Positions 1-7,299 of a stretch of DNA of 58,747 nucleotides are shown here, one piece after another (within the stretch, counting starts at the first letter, position 1; each line of letters opens with the position of its first letter). The notes under the pieces are model-generated. The model was not told the origin of the DNA. It was given only the letters and a program-made list of their open reading frames with translations, and did not search any database. Both the position numbers and the translations under genes were made by a program. The DNA lies in IMG/VR virus record IMGVR_UViG_3300048839_000819, positions 1 through 58,747 of that record, one strand, 5' to 3'. Source of the DNA: a virus (taxonomy: Duplodnaviria > Caudoviricetes).

Positions 1-53
1 ATGATTGTTTTTAGCTGTTCTGATGACGTCTTTTTTATAGTTTTTATTCTGAT

Positions 54-1031
54 TCATGACAAATCCTTGTTTGATAGAATAGCATTACCACAAGTTATTC
101 TACTTTGATCTTCTTCCAATGAGGGGATAAACACAAGAACATCAAAGCCTACGGCTTTAAGTTCTTCTTCAACCTTCTTGTATGGAGTAAACTGCATATA
201 GCCATTAGATGTTTCTATACCTTTGTCAACACAGGACTTAGTTAGATGCATGGGAGTTATTTTGCACATAAACTTTTTAGGATTGAACAAATCCACCAAT
301 TTCTTTGCATCTATCTCATAACTATCTGCTAATGCAAAGTTTAGAGCATATTTCCTACCTTTAGGATAAGGCAAATGATCACACATCTTGGAGATGAAAA
401 ACAAATCCCTCGAATTTCCATGAAACATTTCCTCTCTCTGTATTTCATTTGTACTATTTATAGATATCTGCAACCCAGCATCCCCTCTATAAATGTCATT
501 CTTTACTTCGTATGTCCATCTTTGAAGAAACCAAAGCAAATCATCATTTCTTTTAGGCATCATAGTAGAAACAACTGGATGAACTAAACTATCATGAAGT
601 TTGTGTCTAACTGATTGTTTTAAATGTAGAGCATGTGTTATAACATTGTGATTAAAAGTTGGCTCACCCATTCGTGCATAATGCACATTAAGTCTATCTG
701 TATGAAAAACTTTAGGATATTGGCTTAAAGCCATCTCCACTTGAAGAAAAAGATCATATAATGTAGCATTTCTACCAGGACCAACCTTTGGTACGTCACA
801 GAAAGTACAACCCATGCTGCAACCATATTGAGTCAAAATAGTGACCACCCATTTATGCGTCAAAGGCATTATGTCACCATTAGGAACCCCCTCTATCTCA
901 TCTGACAAACCAAGGAAATCAGCTTTTATATTTTTTTCTTTTCCATAATCTCCTATAGAAAGACATTCAAGCCTTCCAAGAGATCCGTCCACAATAAGTA
1001 TTTTCCCTGTTGGTACATCAATGACCTTCAT
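54..1031 (-). CDS. RlmN/Cfr-like radical SAM protein
   Basis: CxxxCxxC (GCSMGCTFC), RMGEP motif (RlmN MGMGEP), C-terminal TCGN (RlmN ACGQ); RBS AAGGA upstream. Confidence 0.8.
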   Translation of the reverse strand: MKVIDVPTGKILIVDGSLGRLECLSIGDYGKEKNIKADFLGLSDEIEGVPNGDIMPLTHKWVVTILTQYGCSMGCTFCDVPKVGPGRNATLYDLFLQVEMALSQYPKVFHTDRLNVHYARMGEPTFNHNVITHALHLKQSVRHKLHDSLVHPVVSTMMPKRNDDLLWFLQRWTYEVKNDIYRGDAGLQISINSTNEIQREEMFHGNSRDLFFISKMCDHLPYPKGRKYALNFALADSYEIDAKKLVDLFNPKKFMCKITPMHLTKSCVDKGIETSNGYMQFTPYKKVEEELKAVGFDVLVFIPSLEEDQSRITCGNAILSNKDLS

Positions 1032-1046
1032 TTTTAATTCCTTTAT

Positions 1047-1136
1047 TTAAAAAATGTTATGCACAATAAATCCAAATAGTGCCCCAATAATGCCACCGAC
1101 AATTCCACCAATTAATGATCTTTGTAAACTTGACAT
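1047..1136 (-). CDS. 29-aa glycine-zipper membrane micropeptide (not in ORF track)
   Basis: ATG 1 nt after the upstream stop; MSSLQRSLIGGIVGGIIGALFGFIVHNIF*; fills the gap between operon genes. Confidence 0.6.
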   Translation of the reverse strand: MSSLQRSLIGGIVGGIIGALFGFIVHNIF

Positions 1137-1137
1137 C

Positions 1138-1374
1138 TTAATCCCTTTCTACATTATCTGAGATACTTGGAAACTTAGCTTCACCTGGACCAACCCATTC
1201 ACCTACCAAAAGATAGATATAGCACTCATCCATCCTATACTCGTAGTCAATATGCATAGGATCATTACCAACACTGTTGTCTAAATTGTCTAAAACCTTT
1301 TTTGCGCCCTCAATAAAGCTGTATATCCTATTTATTTGCATTGCAGGGAAGCTTTTAAGCTCAACTACTCTCAT
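1138..1374 (-). CDS. hypothetical protein
   Basis: ATGA overlap with the upstream ORF; operon context. Confidence 0.65.
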   Translation of the reverse strand: MRVVELKSFPAMQINRIYSFIEGAKKVLDNLDNSVGNDPMHIDYEYRMDECYIYLLVGEWVGPGEAKFPSISDNVERD

Positions 1375-1583
1375 AACTCACCCCTCATATCCTCATGCCT
1401 AACGCCTCTGGCCAAAAGGCATGTATGCAGAACATACAAATTTAAAACATCAACGCCATATGCTCTTTTAATGTCTGATCTTATGAATTTCATAAAATCA
1501 ACAGCGTCATCTGTGCTCTCAAAGCCGAGGGCTTTACCAGCAAGAAAAGCTTGTATAGGCTTAAATCTTTCTTCTAATTCCAT
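1371..1583 (-). CDS. hypothetical protein
   Basis: RBS AAGGGA; first gene after a leftward sigma70 promoter. Confidence 0.65.
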   Translation of the reverse strand: MELEERFKPIQAFLAGKALGFESTDDAVDFMKFIRSDIKRAYGVDVLNLYVLHTCLLARGVRHEDMRGEL

Positions 1584-1624
1584 TGTTAATCCCTTTCACA
1601 ATAATGTTAACTTAATTCTTTATT

Positions 1625-1653
1625 ACTGTATCGACCAACGGTGAGATTGTCAA
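1625..1653 (-). promoter_or_regulatory. sigma70-type promoter (leftward)
   Basis: TTGACA-17 nt-TACAGT on the minus strand. Confidence 0.65.
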
Positions 1654-1679
1654 TATAAAAACTCAAAAAGATCAAAATA

Positions 1680-1737
1680 AATCTAGTCAATATATATATT
1701 TACAACACACTAATCTAGTCAACATATACATTTACAA
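1680..1737. repeat. two 26-bp direct repeats, period 32 bp
   Basis: aatctagtcaatatatatatttacaa (1680-1705) vs aatctagtcaacatatacatttacaa (1712-1737), 24/26 identical. Confidence 0.85.
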
Positions 1738-1755
1738 AATTTTTTATTTTATCCC

Positions 1756-1784
1756 TTGACATGCCAAAGAGGATTTGGTAGTAT
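1756..1784 (+). promoter_or_regulatory. sigma70-type promoter (rightward)
   Basis: TTGACA-17 nt-TAGTAT with an extended -10 TG. Confidence 0.65.
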
Positions 1785-1809
1785 CTAGTCTTAATCCCTT
1801 TTATCTATA

Positions 1810-1858
1810 GGGCTTGAATCAATGTTCGCACTGCTTTGATTCAAGCCCGTTTTTTATT
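1810..1858 (+). terminator. intrinsic terminator
   Basis: 13-bp stem gggcttgaatcaa/ttgattcaagccc followed by a T tract on the + strand. Confidence 0.7.
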
Positions 1859-2318
1859 TATCTGAAATGCAAAAATGCTCCATCAAATCATCAACAGCAA
1901 TCACCATGAAGCCGTTGGCTTCGTACTGATTATCTTCTATCCACTTCTTCAAGTTTTCCTTCTTAGTGGTTTTGTTATTCCTTTTTCTCACCTTCCTATT
2001 GGCTTTTCTAATCTTCTCCTTCAATTTTTCCTTTAAAATGCCAATAGCTTTGTTTTTACTAACGTTGATTACATCATAAGTATGAGCTAGTTGGTGGCAT
2101 CCACCACACAGAACTAACAAATCTTCTTCTGGACTTACGTCATACCAAGAGCCATACCAGATATGGTGTACCTGAAGTTTTGCTTTCTTTCCACAAACAC
2201 AACACTTGAAATTAGCTAACTTTCTAGCTTCTGAGCTTTTCTCTTCCCAATCAGATGACCGTAAATACTGTTGGTATTTCTCTTTTAAACTTTTTGTATC
2301 TTCTTGTTTTATAGACAC
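1854..2318 (-). CDS. HNH endonuclease
   Basis: YLRSSDW...CCVCG...LQVHH...DLLVLCGGCHQLAH, a typical zinc-binding HNH pattern; basic C-terminal tail. Confidence 0.85.
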   Translation of the reverse strand: MSIKQEDTKSLKEKYQQYLRSSDWEEKSSEARKLANFKCCVCGKKAKLQVHHIWYGSWYDVSPEEDLLVLCGGCHQLAHTYDVINVSKNKAIGILKEKLKEKIRKANRKVRKRNNKTTKKENLKKWIEDNQYEANGFMVIAVDDLMEHFCISDK

Positions 2319-2382
2319 TTATGATTCCCTTCTAACTAAAAATTTAACCAAAAAGATTCCCCTCAAGTTACTCTAGCTATAA

Positions 2383-2661
2383 AAGCCCTACGGGCTTGGT
2401 TAGTATCTTGTAATTTTCTAGTTTTTGTTCACTATACTAAACTTTTATCTTTTCTTCTTAATGCCAGAGGTATTGTTTACTACTACAAGATTTTCTTATA
2501 TTATCTCTAGTTTCTTTCTTTTATTATCTTTTCTTATCTAACGTGATTAAGTCATTTTATAAGGTATTTTATAGAGTATTTAAGATATTTAAGAGATATT
2601 TTCTGACCCCGTAGGGGTCTATAATTAATTAACTTTATTGATCAATGTGCATGTAATGCAC
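2383..2661. other. AT-rich tract with GTA-triloop palindromes; candidate replication origin core
   Basis: aagccctacgggctt (2383-2397), gaccccgtaggggtc (2605-2619), gtgcatgtaatgcac (2647-2661); degenerate (A/G)AG(A/G)TATTT repeats ~2559-2602; no ORF; strand-switch region. Confidence 0.4.
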
Positions 2662-2674
2662 TAATAATAAACAA

Positions 2675-2958
2675 CTTAAAGAGTTTATGTTTTGAGGATT
2701 CTTTAAGCAATAGTGAAGGGAGTTAGGGCATGTCACTGCCCCATAATGTTAAAGATCTTTGAGTCTCCTTTGAAGTTTCAGATCAGTCATTAGCCTATTA
2801 ACTTGCATTTCATGCACGCTTGAGTCAAACCTACCTAATAGAAAGAGTCAGATAAAATAGGATAAATATCTGGGATATGGTAGCCTAATCCATACCTCTT
2901 AATCGCGTTAGTGTCTACGAAGCCATACTCTTGCTGGCCAGGACTCATCCTGGGCTTT
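2675..2958 (-). ncRNA. putative structured non-coding RNA, unknown family
   Basis: At least seven hairpins, a GAAA tetraloop and G-U pairs that form only on the minus strand; locally GC-richer; no ORF. Confidence 0.5.
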
Positions 2959-3050
2959 CATCTATTCAATTGTCTAAACTACTTAAAATATTTAAATTTA
3001 ATCAATTATCAGCTTCACTCAGCTTTATGATTTATTTGTTGTTAAAGAAT

Positions 3051-3157
3051 AAAAAAAGAGATCCAGGGTATGAAGACATAAAGTAAATAAGAAATGTCGC
3101 CTGGATCTCTTTGGCTACAACTATAATAACTAGTATTTACTTTATAAATCTTCATAC
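3051..3157 (-). promoter_or_regulatory. terminator/antiterminator (attenuator-like) leader
   Basis: 13-bp stem 3055-3067/3100-3112 plus U tract; competing 21-bp pairing of 3134-3157 with 3068-3089. Confidence 0.6.
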
Positions 3158-3161
3158 TTTC

Positions 3162-3189
3162 ATAATATTACAAATGAAAAATATGTCAA
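3162..3189 (-). promoter_or_regulatory. sigma70-type promoter (leftward) driving the leader
   Basis: TTGACA-16 nt-TATTAT on the minus strand. Confidence 0.6.
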
Positions 3190-3225
3190 GAGAAATTTTT
3201 ATTTTTTTTAATCCCAAGATTTCTC

Positions 3226-3254
3226 TTTACAAATCCTCAAGCCCAGTGTACATT
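3226..3254 (+). promoter_or_regulatory. sigma70-type promoter (rightward, early operon)
   Basis: TTTACA-17 nt-TACATT with extended TG. Confidence 0.6.
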
Positions 3255-3309
3255 AAACCCGATAGTTAACAATGATTGTTTTTAACAACTAAATAGAAAG
3301 GGATTAAAA

Positions 3310-3513
3310 ATGTGGGTTTACATGTATCAAACACCGTCACAGCTTGGGATTAGGAACATTCAGACAGGCGAAACCAGGAGTTTTCCTTCATATGGATCTG
3401 ATATAGTGAGTCATTATATATCAGGAACTTCATTGACAATTGAGACTGAAGAGGCTACTATTGTCTACGACATAGACAGCAGCTCCACTTTGGATTTCAT
3501 CAGGAAGTATTAA
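3310..3513 (+). CDS. hypothetical protein
   Basis: RBS AAGGGA; first ORF after the promoter. Confidence 0.65.
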   Translation: MWVYMYQTPSQLGIRNIQTGETRSFPSYGSDIVSHYISGTSLTIETEEATIVYDIDSSSTLDFIRKY

Positions 3514-3544
3514 TATAAGTTATTAAAAACAAAGGAGTTACATC

Positions 3545-4144
3545 ATGGGATGTGATATACACATGTATGTTGAAAAGAAAATAGGTACAAATAACAACGA
3601 ATCTTGGTTTTGCATTGACGATTGGGGCCTTAATCCCTATTATAACGGTGGATCTGAACAAGATAAATTTGAGCATAGACCTGTTTATAGGTATAGAAAT
3701 TATAGGTTGTTTTCTATTTTAGCTGATGTGAGAAATTACAGTGAGAATGGATGTATAGATGAGCCCAGAGGGCTCCCTGATGACGTGTCAGACGTTGTTA
3801 AAGAGGCAAACAATGAATGGGGGTGTGATGGTCACACTCACAGTTATTTCCTGCTCAGCGAGCTCCTAGAGTACCAAAAAGAGAATCCTGTGTGTAAATG
3901 CTCCGGTATGGTTTCACCTGAGCAAGCGGTAGACTTGGATGAGAAGAATATTAAACCAGATTCATGGTGTTTGAGTACAACAAATAAAACACATGTATAC
4001 AGAGAATGGGAGATTGAAAGTCCTTTGAATTACCTTATTGATGTGGTTATCGAGTTTTTGGTAAGAACTTGGACAATTTATAGAAAAGAGGATGTTTCTA
4101 AAATTGCTGATAGAATCAGATTAGTTTTTTGGTTTGATAACTAA
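3545..4144 (+). CDS. conserved phage protein (MGCDIH...RNYxLFxxLAxVR...RLVFWFDN family)
   Basis: Recognisable motifs of a widespread uncharacterised phage family; RBS AAGGAG. Confidence 0.8.
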   Translation: MGCDIHMYVEKKIGTNNNESWFCIDDWGLNPYYNGGSEQDKFEHRPVYRYRNYRLFSILADVRNYSENGCIDEPRGLPDDVSDVVKEANNEWGCDGHTHSYFLLSELLEYQKENPVCKCSGMVSPEQAVDLDEKNIKPDSWCLSTTNKTHVYREWEIESPLNYLIDVVIEFLVRTWTIYRKEDVSKIADRIRLVFWFDN

Positions 4145-4171
4145 ATCATTATAAACAAAGGGGTTACAAAA

Positions 4172-4345
4172 ATGGAAATTAAAGGACAAATAACATTATT
4201 TTTTAATCAGGATGGACTGAGAATAGAGGTACGAGACAAGGAAGCTTGTACAACCTTTTTGAATGTAACACTTGATGTAGAAAGCACTTGCAAGGCTTTG
4301 TCTAGATTGGGTAATACTCCCTATGTGTGCTGCAAACCGAACTAA
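4172..4345 (+). CDS. 57-aa hypothetical protein (not in ORF track)
   Basis: RBS AAGGGG; MEIKGQITLFFNQDGLRIEVRDK...CCKPN*. Confidence 0.55.
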   Translation: MEIKGQITLFFNQDGLRIEVRDKEACTTFLNVTLDVESTCKALSRLGNTPYVCCKPN

Positions 4346-4377
4346 ACTAAGCCACAGTAGCGGTGGGAAAATGAGCA

Positions 4378-4521
4378 ATGAAAGAAGAGAAATGTTCCAG
4401 ATGCAATAAAGTAAAACTGTGCAAGAACATAATCATCATTAAATTGCCAGGAGGAAAACTTATCAAACCAACACAAATGCCTTTTTGCAAAGACTGTGAA
4501 CCTTTGGTAGGGGAAAATTAG
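4378..4521 (+). CDS. 47-aa Cys-rich (CxxC...CxxC) zinc-finger-like peptide (not in ORF track)
   Basis: MKEEKCSRCNKVKLC...FCKDCEPLVGEN*. Confidence 0.5.
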   Translation: MKEEKCSRCNKVKLCKNIIIIKLPGGKLIKPTQMPFCKDCEPLVGEN

Positions 4522-4523
4522 CA

Positions 4524-4727
4524 ATGAAAAAAAGAACATGTAATGGATGCAAGGCTCTTGATGATAGAGGAAAATCAAATTTTGTGTGTTGCTTGGGCTT
4601 TCTTATAAAATCAAAAAGTATAACTATCAAAGGATTAGGTACACTTTATGAGCCTATACCGGTTTCTGAATGCCCCAAGCCTAAGACAAATGCAGATTAT
4701 TTTAAAGCTAAGAATGAGCCACAGTAG
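4524..4727 (+). CDS. Cys-rich hypothetical protein
   Basis: TCNGCKAL...CCLG...ECPKP; operon context. Confidence 0.65.
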   Translation: MKKRTCNGCKALDDRGKSNFVCCLGFLIKSKSITIKGLGTLYEPIPVSECPKPKTNADYFKAKNEPQ

Positions 4728-4742
4728 CGGCGTGGAATAAAA

Positions 4743-5021
4743 ATGACCAATAAAACAAAAGACTTCTTGAACACAGATTTAACCATAGGTGACAGCGTTG
4801 TTTTCCCACATTTTGGATCTTTTGATGTGGGTACTATAGAGAAAATTGAAGAGGACAAGATACACATTAGCAGTAAATTAAGCAATAGATTTAATTTTAG
4901 TAAAAAAACAATAAAACTAGATAAAGACGTAATCAAGATACAAGCCGGTTCCATTGATGAAATTTGCAGTGTGTTCAGATATGATGATAAATTCCGTGAA
5001 TTTGATAGGGACAAACAATGA
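4743..5021 (+). CDS. hypothetical protein (SH3/KOW-like N-terminus)
   Basis: DFLNTDLTIGDSVV pattern; ATGA overlap with the next gene. Confidence 0.65.
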   Translation: MTNKTKDFLNTDLTIGDSVVFPHFGSFDVGTIEKIEEDKIHISSKLSNRFNFSKKTIKLDKDVIKIQAGSIDEICSVFRYDDKFREFDRDKQ

Positions 5022-5278
5022 TTAAACTAAAACTTTCTGATTTTGAATGGATGCAATTAATAGACGGGGAGAGAGATGAATTGCCTGTATGTTGTACTGA
5101 CGCCGCATTATTGAAAGATGTTATTGTGTCTATTGCTAGGCAAGGAGGAAAAATAAAGAGCTGGGAGCAGAAACGGTTAGAGGAGAGGATGCAGTGGTTT
5201 TTGGAAGGTCATAAAATTACAGAATTGCTGCAAAAAGTGTGTGATCAAGCTAATATAGATATTAAAGGAACTAAATAA
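5018..5278 (+). CDS. hypothetical protein
   Basis: ATGA coupling. Confidence 0.65.
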   Translation: MIKLKLSDFEWMQLIDGERDELPVCCTDAALLKDVIVSIARQGGKIKSWEQKRLEERMQWFLEGHKITELLQKVCDQANIDIKGTK

Positions 5279-5289
5279 AAGGAGTAAAA

Positions 5290-5469
5290 ATGATTCCTAC
5301 AGGATTCAGATGGGTTTCAAAAGAATGTTGTGATGTTTGCAAATATTGTAAAAAGATTGGGCAAGATCCACCAGAGCACAAATGCATAAAGCATGATCAT
5401 TATTTGGGTGGATATCCATCAGATACCGTGTGCTTAGGTTTTGAGTGGAGTAAATACTGTAAGGAGTAA
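5290..5469 (+). CDS. 59-aa Cys-rich protein (not in ORF track)
   Basis: RBS AAGGAG; MIPTGFRWVSKECCDVCKYC...VCLGFEWSKYCKE*. Confidence 0.6.
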   Translation: MIPTGFRWVSKECCDVCKYCKKIGQDPPEHKCIKHDHYLGGYPSDTVCLGFEWSKYCKE

Positions 5470-5471
5470 TT

Positions 5472-6368
5472 ATGCCATTTGTTAAATACCAACATATTGA
5501 GCGTTTTGGTACTGAAGAAGTTGAAGGTATCGAAGTTGGGGAATGTTATGTTTTCCCTAAAATAGACGGAACTTGTAGCGTTTTATTCTATGAAGATGGT
5601 AGGATACATGCTGGAAGCAGAAACAGGGAATTGTCTAGTGAAAGTGATAATGCAGGCTTTTACAAAGCCTTGTCCGATGATGATAGAATTTTAGAGTTTT
5701 ATGACGTTCATAAAGATCTTATTCTATATGGTGAATTTCTTGTTCCACACAGCTTGAAGACATACAAAGACGCTGCATGGAGAAAATTCTATGTTTTTGA
5801 TGTGTGCAGAATCGTCGATGACAAGCTGCACTATTTACCTTATACTGAGTATCAGCCTATATTGGAGGAATTTAGTATTGATTATATTCCACCACTTAGG
5901 ATTATTAACAATCCAGACTACGACAAGCTGGTATCTTTGTTAGATCAAAACACCTTCCTCATCAAAGATGGAGAAGGTGCTGGTGAAGGGATTGTTATTA
6001 AGCGGTATGACTTTGTCAATAAATATGGACGGACCACTTGGGCAAAGATTGTAACCTCAGAGTTTAAAGAGAAACATGCTAAGGTCATGGGTGCGTCAAG
6101 ACAAGAGGGTAAGGACTTGGTGGAAGAGAAGATTTGTGAAAAATTTGTAACCCAGGCTATGGTTGACAAAGTTCATGCTAATATTGTTAATGAAAAGGGA
6201 TGGTCCAGCAAGGACATACCTAGACTTTTGGACACTGTGTTTCATGATTTGATTAAAGAAGAATCCTGGAACTTCTTGAAGGAGTTCAAATTTCCAAGTG
6301 TCAACTATAGGACACTGAGATCCTTTTGTTATTCAAAAGTTAAAACGTTGAAACAAGAATTGTTTTAG
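5472..6368 (+). CDS. RNA ligase (Rnl2-like nucleotidyltransferase)
   Basis: Motif I KIDG, GSRN, LYGE, FYVFD, motif IV GEGIVIK, motif V AKIV. Confidence 0.85.
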   Translation: MPFVKYQHIERFGTEEVEGIEVGECYVFPKIDGTCSVLFYEDGRIHAGSRNRELSSESDNAGFYKALSDDDRILEFYDVHKDLILYGEFLVPHSLKTYKDAAWRKFYVFDVCRIVDDKLHYLPYTEYQPILEEFSIDYIPPLRIINNPDYDKLVSLLDQNTFLIKDGEGAGEGIVIKRYDFVNKYGRTTWAKIVTSEFKEKHAKVMGASRQEGKDLVEEKICEKFVTQAMVDKVHANIVNEKGWSSKDIPRLLDTVFHDLIKEESWNFLKEFKFPSVNYRTLRSFCYSKVKTLKQELF

Positions 6369-6378
6369 AGGAAATAAA

Positions 6379-6687
6379 ATGAGAGTTTACTCGGATAAAA
6401 ATAACGATGAATACAGTAAAAATCATTTACCTTTTTTGGGTTCCCACAGCATAATTGTAGGACAAAATAAGTTATATAAATGGGGCTTTTTGCAGCTTGA
6501 AGACGAAGAATGGAATGTTTGTGTAACATCCTGTGAAAATTGTTTTCAGCTTGCTGTGGGAATTCCAGAACAAAATAAACCGAAGTTTTGCCCCTACTGT
6601 GGGCTTCCCCTTAGAGTCAATAAGTCAGAAGACACAAACGATACATCTCAGGAAGAAACTCAGCCTGAACCAGATCCCCATGCTTGA
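6379..6687 (+). CDS. zinc-ribbon hypothetical protein
   Basis: CENC...FCPYCG. Confidence 0.65.
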   Translation: MRVYSDKNNDEYSKNHLPFLGSHSIIVGQNKLYKWGFLQLEDEEWNVCVTSCENCFQLAVGIPEQNKPKFCPYCGLPLRVNKSEDTNDTSQEETQPEPDPHA

Positions 6688-6898
6688 AGTACTTTAGTTG
6701 TTCTTTTATTGTTGAAATATTAGAAACCTGGATGTCATAGTTAGACACTTTTCTTGTTTGTCTGATTATTTTTGTTATTGTCGAGGTTCCAAGGATGAGT
6801 TGAGTCTTGTTCTCTACCTTGCATCTGGTTCTAATATTCTTGGTTGTTCCCGTTTCATTGTTGGTGATGTGAATTGTTGCATATTCGTGCTTTTTCAT
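6617..6898 (-). CDS. hypothetical basic protein with its own promoter
   Basis: RBS AAGGA before ATG 6898; promoter at 6927-6954. Confidence 0.5.
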   Translation of the reverse strand: MKKHEYATIHITNNETGTTKNIRTRCKVENKTQLILGTSTITKIIRQTRKVSNYDIQVSNISTIKEQLKYFKHGDLVQAEFLPEMYRLCLLTY

Positions 6899-6926
6899 GA
6901 TTAATCCTTTCATCTAATTATTTCCA

Positions 6927-7014
6927 AGTATAGTATTTTATCGTCAAAAAGCAAGAGAAATGTTACCAAAATAGAAATATTTTTCTTGCTTTCTTTTTGG
7001 TTTTGGTGTACCAT
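6927..7014. promoter_or_regulatory. back-to-back sigma70 promoters
   Basis: Minus: TTGCTT-16-TATACT (6954-6927); plus: TTGCTT-17-TACCAT (6986-7014). Confidence 0.55.
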
Positions 7015-7052
7015 CCACAAAGTAATTAAGTTATACTTTCAAGGGATTTGAT

Positions 7053-7286
7053 ATGATTGTCTACCATGTTTGTTCTGCAAAAAAACTGAATAAGTACCTT
7101 AAAACCGGGCACATCGTGCCCCCCGTAAGAGCTTGGGAGAATTTAGAACAGGCTAACAGATTTTCAATAAGCACAGGTAGAAGAGTCATATTGCGCCTTA
7201 AATTTCCAAAAAATGCTGAGAAACTAGAGGGTCATTTTAACCAGGCAAGAGTTTTACATTGTAAATATAAATTAGAATCGTTTTAA
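7053..7286 (+). CDS. hypothetical protein
   Basis: RBS AAGGGA; VYHV...GHI pattern reminiscent of small ADP-ribosyltransferase-fold proteins (weak). Confidence 0.65.
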   Translation: MIVYHVCSAKKLNKYLKTGHIVPPVRAWENLEQANRFSISTGRRVILRLKFPKNAEKLEGHFNQARVLHCKYKLESF

Positions 7287-7299
7287 AAAGGATTGAACT

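Noticed and set aside
2675-2958. HEARO/omega RNA, hammerhead, or group I/II intron identity for the structured element
   Set aside because: I find none of their hallmark sequences (no P/Q/R/S set, no CUGAUGA-GAAA core, no domain V), and the HNH lacks the RuvC motifs of IscB; a covariance search is still needed
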